From: Chrysomallon squamiferum
Taxonomy: Eukaryota; Animalia; Mollusca
Direction: 5' to 3'
NCBI GenBank assembly: GCA_012295275.1
Contig: CM022667.1
Location: 19,530,001-19,594,000 of the forward strand
Length of the DNA stretch: 64,000 bases
The notes beneath the pieces were generated by a model, which was not told the DNA's origin, did not search any database, and was given only the letters and a program-made list of their open reading frames with translations. Positions 43,079 through 56,900 of the stretch are shown here, piece by piece. The translations under genes and the position numbers were made by a program. Numbering within the stretch: position 1 is the first letter of the stretch; each line of letters starts with the position of its first letter.

Positions 43079-43122
<44 letters not shown>

Positions 43123-43232
43123 CTGCTATCACTGTATCTAGTGGCAAGATAAGATGACTAGGTAAACTGCTATATTTTTGGGGCACTGACCAAAAAGATC
43201 TGTTTAGTTTGATAAATTAATTGTTTTTTACC

Positions 43233-43269
<37 letters not shown>

Positions 43270-46200
43270 TGTTCAGATTTACTAATTTGTTGGTTTAGAT
43301 CTTAAAAAACCATTCTGAAAATGGTTTTCATTTAAAAAAAAAAAAGTAATAAATTTTTCTTATTTAAGAACAATTATTTTTGATGTATTGCAACAACAAA
43401 CTCAGTATGCATGAATCTTCTGCTGTTGAGAAATAAAAGTTAATTGTATTTAATTTTTGTATAATTTAGGATTACTCAGATCAAATGGCCATTCTTACAG
43501 TTATTTCTTCTGTATCTGTAATTTAAGTCTTTATTGGGGCACATGTAAATGTGTTTGAGAATTTGTTTGACTGTTTGTTTTCTGGATAAAGTTTCAAAAA
43601 TAGGAACATCTGTTCTATGTTTATCTTTATTTTTATCTTTTTATCTTTATAGTTAATTAATGTTTAGTATATATAAACTGTTATCCAGCTTGGTTTAATA
43701 ATAATTTTAAAAAAAAAAGAACAATTTATTTGAAGATTACAGAAATATCCTTTTTATATATATATTTTTTCTTACTTCAAATCCAATAACATCTTTCTTT
43801 TTCTTCTTGACTGATATTGTTTCATTCTTATTTATAAAAAAAAGATATTTTTTATTTTTTATTTTTATTTTTTAAACTATTAGTTTTTTGCCCAATATTT
43901 ACCTTCTTTTTTTCCACCACTATTTATCTTCTTGATTTCAAACATATTTCAACAGCTTGTGACAGAAAAAAAAAAAAAAAAAAAAAAAAATCTCATTGAT
44001 CAGAAAGGTGAAGGTTACAGATACATATCTTCAAAAGGTGTTACTTTTTAGACATTTAATGTAGATGTATCTGATTGAACTTGTCACATATATCTCTAAC
44101 TGACAAGCATAGCTAAAGATGTATTAGTAAATATATACTTCAGACTTAATGTGATAAATGTATACATAGACTTAGTGTCATAAATGTATACATAGACTTA
44201 GTGTTATAAAAGTATACATAGACTTAGTGTGATAAATGTATACATAGACTTAGTGTCATAAATGTATACATAGACTTAGTGTCATAAAAGTATACATAGA
44301 CTCAGTGTGATAAATGTAGACAGATTCAGTGTGATAAATGTATACATAGACTTAGTGTCATAAATGTATACATAGATTTAGTGTGATATATGTATACATA
44401 AGACTCAGTGTGATAAATGTATACATAGACCAAGTGTGATAAATGTATACATAGACTCAGTGTGATAAACGTATACACAGACTCAGTGTGATAAATGTAT
44501 ACATAGACCTAGTGTGATATATGTATACATAGACCAAGTGTGATAAATGTATACATAGACCAAGTGTGATATATGTATACATAGACTCAGTGTGATAAAT
44601 GTATACATAGACCTAGTGTGATAAATGTATACATAGACCTAGTGTGATAAATATATACATAGACTCAGTGTGATAAATGTATACATAGACTTAGTGTGAT
44701 AAATGTAGACATAAACTCAGTGTGACAAAAGTACACACAGACTGATAAAACAGGTAGAAAGAACAGGTGACAACCTATTGATCTGTGTAATAAACCTTTG
44801 CTAAAACAATGTATCATAAATTACCACCTGTATTACTAAACAGCTGACCGTATCAAGTATCACTTGATATGTAGGAATTTTAAAATATATTTGTTTATAT
44901 GAGTGTGTGTGTGTGTGTGTGGGTGTGTGTGTGTGTGTGTGTCTTCATCCATACATGCTTGTTTAATTTTTTTTGATTGACAGCATCAGCACACTCATGC
45001 AGATTACGCACATACATACATGCAGACACACATTCACATACCAAAAAAACAACCATACACATAATGGTATAAAAGCATAAATTGATAAAACTTTAAAGTT
45101 CTTTAAATCTTATTAAAACAAAACAAAAATTAAACATTATAAATTTTAGCCAGAAGAAGCCTCTGTATCATAATGGCTTAAAAATATTTAATTTTTTTGA
45201 CTATATATAAATATTAGACAAAATATTCACAAACTGCCTCACTCTGCATGGCTCATTCCCCACCCCCCTGCTGTGAGCATGGCGCCTGCCCTGGGGTGAA
45301 AGCCTGGGGATCAAGAGATATCAGCTTAATTGTGGGACATTAACAGAGTCAGGGGTCACGATGTGACTTGACAGTTTTTAGTTCATGTAGCATTCATGTC
45401 TAACACACACACTAACACACAGTCACTGCTATAAACACAGGCTTTCACAGTTTATTTGTGTTTAGTGTGTTGATTATAAAATATGAGTACATTCTGAAAT
45501 TTTGTATTGATTTACTGTGTTGATTATAAAAATATGAGTATATTTTGAAATTTTGTATTTAGTGTGTTGATTATAAAAATGTGAATACATTTTGAAATTT
45601 TGTATTTATTTAGTCTGTTAATTATAAAAATATGAACACATTTTGATTGTTTTGGTAGCAAGAGTATTTTAGTAAAACAAATGTCTAAATAAATAATAGT
45701 AGTATTAACTTCAAAAAGCACATAACACACTGATAAAAACATATTTTTTAAAATCTGATATTAAAATAATGTAATTAAAATATATAAAACAGCATGTAAA
45801 CGATATTAACCTTTTCTCTTTTTTAAATTTTATTACTATTATATTATTAATTTTTTTGTTTTTTTTTTTTAATTATTATTAATTTTTTTTTAAATAACCT
45901 TAAAAATAATGTTGTGTACATGGAGAGATTGTCTCACATTATAACAACAAAGATGTGGTATAACATTCTACTGGTAATATCTAAATATAATAATCATACA
46001 TGTATGACCTCAGTGAGTTGTTTCATTGACGTAACTAACAGTGGATAATTGAAAACATGTTTGTGTAACTAACCAGTGTTAATGGCAGTTATAAATTACT
46101 CACAAGTGAAGAGCTGTTCACTGCATTACATTGAGAGAAACAGATTACAGAAAATACTTTTTCTTACAAGATAACTGTTTCTGTTATCAGTTGATTAAAT

Positions 46201-46667
46201 GAATGTGAGTGTGTGTGATACCAGTATACAAATAACATTAATATATATGCATACACTTTTAAAAAACATATACATACCGATATATATTCATACAAACATA
46301 CTTATATACATACATATATAGATACATTATACACATATACACATATACATACATACATACATACATACATACATACATACATACATACATACATACATAC
46401 ATGTTGCATGCATACAGAAATGCAAACATAGATACCTACAAATATTTTTTATTCTCTGTTTTTAAGCATTTTTAATACATTTTTAAAGATAAACTAAATT
46501 TTTAACAACTGAAAACAAATTCTTAACTACATTGCTAACACTACAAAAATTCTAGAACTGAACATTTTTAAGACAAGAAATAAAATAATCTAAGAAAAAA
46601 TATATTGCAAAGAAAATTTTAAAAAAATACCAGTTCCCCCATTAAATTTAAAATCATTAGAAATGCG

Positions 46668-46721
<54 letters not shown>

Positions 46722-47848
46722 TTATCAGAAATGTCTGTAGATTTGTGAGCCTTTCTCATCAAGGAATCATGTTTTTATCAACTGATCATATATCTGCCAC
46801 CACAGGGAGTTGGAAAGCTTCGCACAACTGCAATGATCTCATCCCAGTGAAAATGGAATTCATGCAGTTTGCATACAACTCCGGAAATAATTTAACAGCT
46901 TGGCTCAGCTATCCTTTAGGAAAGTAGCGGTAATTCTCAGAAGGAATAAAACCCAACACTGAATAGAATATGAAAATAGGTTACGTTATTCTGATAGATT
47001 AGACTGAGGAGTTGGCCATACTTCGGGGGAACCCCTGCTGGGAGATGTTCTGTGATTGGCTGATCCCAGCGGGGAGTCCTCTTGCAGAAGAATGATTACA
47101 AAGACAGTGCCTGCACCCCAGGGGAGATCACTCATTTCAGTCACAGCAGGTGGGAAAAAAGAGAGTGTCCATGGTAATAATTGGTATTGGTTACTGAACA
47201 AGCATACTGCTGATGCATCCTGCCAGTATTAAACTGCATTAGGAATTTTTTTTAATTTTTTTTTTTTTTTTTTTTTTTTTTTTGTCTAACTTTAATTATA
47301 TGTTTCAGTAGAAAACACATAATCTGTATCATGATTAAGTATAATGTTGTCACGAACTGGTCCGAGTATGTTGTACATCATTCTGTCTGTCTGTGTGTGT
47401 GTGTTCCGTAAAATTGATTCTGCTGACAGTTTATTTTTCTTTGTTACTTTATTTTCTGTGTTTTCTGTGAGAATGGATATTTATCATTTTAATGTCTTCC
47501 AGTAAAATATCTAACTGAAACTTTATGAATGTCTGTCAACTTTACCATCAATCTCAAATATATATATATGTATAGATCAAAACTGGTTCTATAAATTTGA
47601 GATTTTTCATTCTTTATTATATTGTTATTACCTCAGAGGTTAGAGTGCAGATAGTAAAACATTATATTTTATTAAAGGCCATGGTAAGTGCTGTTCTGTC
47701 TGTGTATGACTGATAGCATTATTTTTATAATGGATTGGTGTGTTGTTCAGCATTTATTTGTTAATTCTTTTTTCTTTTCTTTTATTCTTCTTCTTTTTTC
47801 TATTTATTATTTATGTATATAACAGTTATCATCATCATCACTACTGTT

Positions 47849-47879
<31 letters not shown>

Positions 47880-48449
47880 CTGCTGTTGACATTCTTGTTG
47901 ATGTTGCCATTGTCAGTATTATTTATTGTTACTGTTATTATTACTGTTATTATTGTTGTTGCTGTTCTTCATATTGTGACAAACCCACATTTGCTAATGC
48001 TCAAGCACATACACCCACATACAACACAACAGATGATATATTTCTGACTGGTTTGTATTACCTGTGCTGTATTGAACCAATCACTGATAAAATGAACTAG
48101 AAAGAGTGAGATTCCTGCTTACCAAGTCCCCAGAGAGACTTTAGTTTCATCATGTAGCGTGCTGTTCTTTAGTTACCAGCTCAGGGTAGGTTACTCTAAT
48201 TAACTACTCAGTAAAACGTGCTCCAGTCACACCAGCCAATCAGTGTGGTCGTCTCTGATGGCAGACGTGAGCCTGCTTCACAGATGTCGTTACTGCAGCC
48301 CCATGGGACATGTAGTGGTAACCATGACAGGGCATCTTAGATAAGTAAAGTCTGATGAATATTAATGAGCAGTTTTGCAGAATTTCTTTCCTTCGTGTAG
48401 AGATTTTATTGACCTTATCCAGATACTGACTCACAAAACACATGTGCAT

Positions 48450-48482
<33 letters not shown>

Positions 48483-50637
48483 ATATATATATTAATCAAC
48501 ATATTCACTGACATCCAGTGATTAATTTACTTATTCACTAACATCCAGTGAGTAATCTACTTATTCACTAACATCCAGTGAGTAATCCACTTATTCATTG
48601 ACATCCAGTGAGTAATCTAATTATTCACTAACATCCAGGGATCAATCCACTTATTCATTGACATCCAGTTTTTAATCCACTTATTTACTGATGAATCTAC
48701 TTATTCAGTAACATCCAGTGAGTAATCTACTTATTCACTAACATCCAGTGAGTAATCTACTTTTTCAGTAACATCCAGACCTCAATCCACTTATTCACCA
48801 ACATCCAGGGATTAATCCACTTATTCACTAACATCCACTGAGTAGACTACTTATTCACTAACATCCAGGGATAATCCACTTCCTCGCTAACATCTTGTGA
48901 TTATTCTACTTATTCATAAACATCCAGTGATTAATTTACTTCTTCACTAACATCCAGTGATTAATTTACTTCTTCGCTAACATCCATGGATAATCCACTT
49001 CCTTGCTAATATCCATGGATAATCCACTTCCTCGCTAACATCCATGGATAATCCACTTCCTCGCTAATATCCATGGATAATCCACTTCCTCGCTAACATC
49101 CATGGATAATCCACTTCCTCGCTAATATCCATGGATAATCCACTTCCTCGCTAACATCCATGGATAATCCACTTCCTCGCTAACATCCAGGGATAATCCA
49201 TTTCCTCGCTAACATCCAGTGATTAATTTACTTCTTCACTAACATCCAGATATCAATCCCCACTTATTCACTAACAAAATTTTCATGGTCAGCTAACATA
49301 TAGTGATTTACCTTTATCATTCTATTTACCTATTTACTGGTATGGCTAGATATTAATGACAGGTACAGATATTATATGTTGTAAGAATGGAACACAACAG
49401 ACCTTGGAAAAAATACAGTCACGTTGTAAGACAAACCTAAACACATTTTGTTCATTATTATTGTTTACTCTTTGTTTTGTGACTTGCTTTTTTTTAAATT
49501 TCTTTAATTTATTTAATATGATTTGTTTTCTTTTTTTTTTCGTCCACAGATGGTCGCTGTATTCAGTGGAACGTTGAAGAAGGCAACAGCGTTGCTCGGT
49601 CTAAAACACCTTCATCATTATCACCTACAAATGTCAGCAACAGCGTCACTGCTGGTAACAGCAACATGACACCATCTGCTGTAACCACTGTCCCACCTGA
49701 TCAGCTGCCATTTTCAGTGAGTCTGTCTCAGTCAAATCCTTATGCTTGTCATTTCTGTGAGAAAAGCTTTCCTCGGCTCGGCTTTCTGAGAATACATGAA
49801 CAGGTATTATTAACCAGTTTAAATACTCGACATGCCACTGTATTTACTGTTTTACTTATTCAAAACTGATGTTTTCATCACTTTAATCTCTGTACAGGTT
49901 CTTTGATTATTTTACTGGAGGATTTTTGTTGTTGTTGTTTTATTTATTTTTTATTTGGCATACTTTATTTTGCTGTGCAAATGAAATATGAAGAATATTC
50001 TAGCATTTGCTTTATGATTTTCAAAAACATTTTAGTTTTATCTAGTAACATATAAAAAAACAAAACATTCTGGACAGCAGTGAATTTAATAAACATTGTA
50101 TTCACCAAGACTTCGTCTGTAATTTCTCAAAAATTCAGATACTGCACCAATTTAGTTGGATTGATTTTTAATAGGCCTCATGAAACAATGTTAATAAAGC
50201 TTTATTAAACATTTGCTCACCTTCTGGTCACAGTCAGTTGTCAAGGGTATAGAAATTTAATAGTGACCGACATGGAGTTTTGCATGAATAACGAGGTGAA
50301 ATCAAATATTGTTGTATATTTGCATGTGTGAATTGTCCCCAGGTGCATGCAGATCTCATGCCATTCAAATGTGTCCACTGTCAGAGAGTGTTCCGACACA
50401 AGCGAAGTCTTGACCGACACGTGAAGCTTCACACTGGAATCAGAAAATACAAGTGTACACAGTGCCAGTCTACATTCGCCAGGTAACTCTTTAGTTTTTG
50501 TATGTTGTGTCTTTTACCTGTTTTAGCTTGTTATGCATTCATCATGTTTTATTTAACAGTATATATATATATATATATATGGATGTATGTAATACATACA
50601 CACACATATAGATATGTGTGTGTGTTTAGGTGTGGGT

Positions 50638-50691
<54 letters not shown>

Positions 50692-50940
50692 TATATGTGT
50701 GTGTATATATATATATATATGTATGTATGTATGTATATATAAATACTATGTGTTATGCATATGAATATATGTTGTGTGTATATGTGTGTGTGTGTTTCTA
50801 TAAATATATATATATATATATATGTCTAATCTATAAATGTATGTAAGTATGTATGTATGTATGTATATATGTATGTATCTATGTATGTATATGTGGGCAC
50901 GTGTTTGTGTGTGTGTATGTATAATATATATATGTGTGTG

Positions 50941-50993
<53 letters not shown>

Positions 50994-53900
50994 GTGTTTG
51001 TTTATGTATATATCTGTCTCGCTGTGTGTGTGTGTGTGTGTGTGTGCACATATATATATATCTTGTGATATACATCTTTAATGGTTTGGTTAGTTTTTAT
51101 AACAATCTTCATTCTACCCTGTTTAAATATTTGTTATGAAATTCACAGACATGGAAATGATTGTTAATCTTAACTTTTCACAGATGTTGAAATATTTGCT
51201 ATTTTTTAAATTTACAGATATTGAACTGTTTATAGTTCGTTAAACTTCACAAAATTAATGTTGAAATGTTTTCCACTATCCGTCAACTCTCCAGTTTCAG
51301 TAATTTCACAAAAACATTTTATAAGAAGACAAACACACAGGCATTCTAAAATGTTTCTCCAGCATGTTTCTGTTTGTGTTAACAAACTGCAAATTGTTAT
51401 ACAATAGAAAAGAAGAAGAAAAAAAATCACCTGATACTCTTGAGAAAGGAGAAATTCAATAAATTAAATTTCGGCTTGCAAACTTTATCATTGAGAACGA
51501 TGATTACCTCCTCCAGGGAGTTTAACATGAATAATTTCTGTAGCAGTTTGTAAAAAAAAAAACAGAGAAGAAAAACAATTAGTTTTGTGTATTACAATTT
51601 ACTTTATCTACCGAAATGCTAACTGCTTATGTACTAAAGAGATGCATTCACTTCAGCAACGTAATTCTTTGTTCGACACTGCGAACAGGTTTTCAATGAC
51701 GAGCAGAAAAGCTTTGATTTCTCTGCTAAACTTCTTTATTTGTTTTTGAAAACTATTTTTTCAATGACAGCTTTGGCTTCGCACAGACGCAAACTAAAGG
51801 TAGGTGGTGAGGGAATAGAACATGACTGTGTACATCATGATTTATGAACACTGAGCGGAGAAAAACTTCATGAAATATTCCATCTGCGGAGAACTAAGTA
51901 CATTTTATTTCTCCCTCGTGCTTTGAGCAAAATCTCAAAACTGATGACGCCAAGTTTATGCATGTGAAAATTATGAATAATTGATTAGTTTGAAATGGCA
52001 AAATAGGACTGAGACCTGCTGACTGTACAGTACAAAAGGGGTGGAAGTGGGCATTAAACAAAACAGCAGTAAGAAAAAAAAAAGAATTTTGTTGTCGTTA
52101 TGAAATATGGACAAAAAGGTAACACGATAATAAATGATTGTTCAATTCACAGAATGAACGGTGAATAAACAAAAGGTTGTTTTGAATATGTTGTGTAGTA
52201 AAAGTAAAAACAGCGTAAGTTAGCATGAGGTATTTAAATGCTTGTGTAGAGTAGAAAGCTAATTTAAGTGTGAGAAAAAAACTGTGTGTGAGAGATGAGC
52301 ATGGAGTGTTGATTCCCTCTGCAGGATTACAGAGAATGTACAGGTTACGGTAAAATACATAGCAAAACTTACTTACAAAATAGCTTTAGAAATATTTTAA
52401 TTACATACAACTCACATTGGTAATTGTTTTATCAGTTGATCATAGAACTTATAATTATAACAGTAACTGGGTTTTTTTTTGAGTTTGTCATAGAACTCAT
52501 TTTGAAGATTTGTGATTTATTTTGACTGTACTTATACTTTATTTTTAGTGTACTTTCAGTTTTCTTTTGCATTACTTTTATTTTATTTTTAATTTATTTT
52601 TCATCACAATAAGTTGGGTTTTTTTCATTTTATTATTTTTTAAATTGCAATTAGGTTTATACATCTGTGTATGTGTTTGAATATTTGTATATATATATAT
52701 ATAATCAACCTTTCACTTTATTATAAATTGATTTTTTACATTTGACAGGTTATGTTTAGTTTTATTTTCCACTTGCTACACAATCTATCTGACATTGCTA
52801 AAATCTAAAACTCGTTATGGCATCATATTTAATGAAAAACATTTTTTAAAAATACCTTGTTGCCATGTTTATTAGTGCTCTGTGTAAAATAAAAGTAAAA
52901 TATCTTCGGCACAAAAATATATGTTTGATAACAGTGTTGATAGTGCTATGTTTTTGTGACAGAATAGATATAATTGCTTGGGGTATTGTACTCCATTGAT
53001 TTCCCCAGTGACCAGCCACACATGCAATGCACCTCCCACTTGAAAGAAATCACTGCCAATAGTCCACTCCCTGGAGACGAGTTTTCATCATCCGAAACAT
53101 TAACCTTTTATGAAGAAATTCGCCTATGGCTTGCTATTGACATTATGATGTCTTTTTTGCTGCTCTTGCTGATGAAAAGGGATGCCGGCGCCTGGAGATT
53201 TGTAGTGTTTTCTAAAAGATAATTTCAACTCATATTGTCTGTCTTTTATTTCCATTGAACTTGTAGTTAATATTGAGGTCAAATCGGTAACCGCCTACTC
53301 TCTGTTAGTTTTTATTGTTGTTTTTTGTTTTTGTTTTTTGTGGGGTTTTTTGACTGTTGAAATTTTGTTGTTACTTTGTTTCTTTATTGTTGAAATGAAT
53401 TATTACAGTCTCTGTTCTTTAACAACAGAAATCTTTTCGTTTCAGTTATTTTGTTTTTAAGTGTTGACATCTCATTTGCTTCAGTTGTTTTTTGTTTTTT
53501 AACTTTTGAAATATGTTGTCTTTGGTTACTTTGTTTTTGACTGTTGAAATCTCATTCATTTCAGTTACTTTGTTTTCAACTGTTGAAATCTCATTCACTT
53601 CAGTTACTTTGATTTTGACTGTTGAAATATCATTCACTTCAGTTTCTTTGTTTTTAACTGTTGAAATCTCATTTACTTCAGTTACTTTGTTTTTAACTGT
53701 TGAAATCTCATTCACTTCAGTTACTTTGTTTTTAACTGTTGAAATCTCATTCACTTCAGTTACTTTGTTTTTAACTGTTGAAATCTCATTTACTTCAGTT
53801 ACTTTGATTTTAACTGTTGAAATCTCATTCACTTCATCCTCTTTGAAATCTCATTCACTTCAGTTACTTTGTTTTTGACTGTTGAAATCTCATTCACTTC

Positions 53901-56900
53901 AGTTACTTTGTTTTTAACTGTTGAAATCTCATTCACTTCAGTTACTTTGTTTTTGACTGTTGAAATCTTGTCTTTTGTTGTTCTCTTTCTACAGTTATTG
54001 AATGTCTAGGCACTGTGATTGAGATAGGGAATTGAAATCACATGACAAAGAAACATCAGTGTTATTTTGTGGGCAGATAATGGAACTATTATCATTTTTT
54101 ATGATTCATTTCTCTTTTATTTTTATCCTCTGGCTTTTGAAAAACAACAACAATAACTATTATTACCTATTATGTATGTACATACAGATATACATATTTA
54201 TGGTAGAATGAACATGTTCTGACAGTGTGTGTTAATACGTATGACTGTATTTGTTGAAAATGTTTGATTATAGGAAGGTTCTGAAAAATCTTTGTTAAGC
54301 CAACAAAAAGTATTAATTCATAAATAATTCTGTATTAATATACTGTTTGAAATACTTTGAAAATGGTTTATTATTGATATTGTTTTGTCTTTTGTGTATG
54401 GGGTGGCTGGGTGTTTTTGTTTGTTAGTTAGGTGATCTATGTGAAAAAAAGAACTTTCATTTGTTACAAAAATATATTTGAAAATATATATATATTATCT
54501 TCTTTTATTTATATATTTGTCTTTAAAGCTCGCAATGATAAAGTCACAAAGGATAGTATGGAGAGCTTGTTAGAATGGGAAATAGACTGACATATATGTG
54601 ACATTTCTGACAAAAAAACTGAAAAAAAATATACTATAATAGGACTTTCAAACATCACATTATTTAAGTTATATGTTTGCACACACACACACACACACAC
54701 ATTTATATATATATATATGACAAATTCTGCATCTAATTCATACTGATAAAACAACAACACCTGTAACACCATTCTAGTAATGCTGATCCATGGACTGTAC
54801 AGCACAGCACATACCATAGCCTTTGTTTTATACTACTAGTATAACCACAGCTTTCATTATTGTTCAGACTTGTTGTTGTACTTATTTTATTATTATTATT
54901 CATGGCAGTACTTTTATTTTTTTTTTCTCCAGAAGTGATCATTTGAAGAGTCACCTGAGAACTCATGACAGTGCCAAGCCATTCCAGTGTCCAATCTGTA
55001 ACCATGGTTACCTGACAACATCGTCTCTTGCATCTCACATGCTGTCTCACAAAGAGACTGGTAAGGAGTACGAGTGTATGCAGTGTCAGCAGTCGTTTGG
55101 CAGCACCCAGGAACTGCAGGACCACATCGTCATCCACAGTGTCAAGGTGAAGCTGGAGAACATTCAGTGTGCTCACTGTGCAGAGAGCTTTCTGGGTCAG
55201 GATGCTCTGGACTCTCATATGAAGGATGCTAACACGAAGGATGCTCACCACAGCAGTATTCAGCTGAAGTGTCCTATATGCTATGACAGTTTCACCGAGA
55301 CTGAGTCGCTGTGTCAGCACATGGAAAGTCACCTAAGCCGGGATGACAGCGTGGTTGTCACAGCAGACAGGCCGGAGAGCGCTGTTGTTGCAAGTCCTAT
55401 TGGAGACACATCCTCCATTCTGACTGGTAACACGTCATCAGGTGAGTTGTTAGTGTGTCCGTACTGCATGGGTGATGACTACAGCAGCATCGAAATGCTG
55501 GAGATACACATGCAGAGTGTGCATGGAGTAAAACCCACAGAGATTTACACCTGCAACTACTGCAATGCTCCCTACCCGAATCTGTACAGTCTTCATGACC
55601 ACATGAACGTTGTGCATAGAAACCAGCCATGCATGGACATCAAGTACCCGTGTAGTATGTGTACAAAACAGTTCCCTAGCATTGAGTTGCTCATCGAACA
55701 CAAGAAAGCATCTCACACATTTCCAGATGGTGGAGCACCAATCATAGATTCAGTCTACTGTATGCAGTGTACCCTGGCCTTTCCAAACCCTTCATCTCTA
55801 GAGGAACACATGATTCTGGTACACTCCACCCCACTGGAAGAAAAAATCAAAATTGGCAAGACCAAAGGGAAAAGGTCATGGTCAAAAGGTCAGAAGGAGT
55901 CGCGACCTGTTACTCCATCAAAGCACTCAAACTTAGGTTCTCTGATGCTGAGTCCAGAGCCTGTAGTGGACAGTGTTACATGTGACCAGTGCAATGCCAC
56001 TTTTCATGACCTCAACAACTTCCAGGCTCACATCAAGCTGCACCTGGAGTCAACACTGACAAAGTACAGCTGCAAGCAGTGCAGTCAGCAGTTCACTTCT
56101 GAGGAACAACTTGAAACCCACTCCTCTATTCACTATCTCTCCATGACAACAGAGTATGGCTGTACCAGCTGTGTGAAACTGTTTTCTAAACCAGATGAGT
56201 TGCAGAAACACCTGATGGACATACATGCACATCACCTGTACCGCTGTTCTCTCTGCAAAGAAATCTTTGACTCCAAGGTGAACATACAGGTGCATTTTGC
56301 TATCAAACACAGCAATGAATGTAAATTGTTCAAGTGTACTCAGTGTGACAACATCTTCAGGTCAGAGACTGAATGGCAGGTTCACATAAGAGTAAACCAT
56401 CTTCACATTGCCAAACCATACCGTTGTCTCTTCTGTCAGAGCAGCTTCTGCAGTGAGATGGATCTGCAGTGTCACCTGACCACTCACAGTAAACCATTTC
56501 AATGTCCAATGTGCAGTGAGACATTCCACATTGAGTTTCTGCTCGATCAGCACATGCAGAGTGTTCATGCTGACAAAGCAGATCACACAGTGGGAGAATC
56601 CAGCAAAAACAAGAGTTTCTGTCCATCACCTGTTGTTAAAGTTAAAAGTGAGAAGGATGTTGACGGTATTCCCTCTCCAACCAGTAAATCTCTGAATTCT
56701 TTCAGCCCTCTGAGGTCACCACCACTTACATCAGCATCAGCTGTGACATCAGTGTGGAAAAGTGGTGAACCTCTTCACATCTGCAACATCTGTGATCACA
56801 AGTTCACCAGCCAGAATGCCTTGCAGACTCACAAGAGTCAGGACCATGGCTTGAAGATACAGAAGTCTCCGGATCCAGTCTCTATAGTAGATGATTACTG

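Noticed and set aside
54823-54932. N-terminus of the 1135-aa ORF as the true protein start
   Set aside because: Intronic low-complexity and polypyrimidine sequence; the finger is completed only by splicing exon 5 to 54933.
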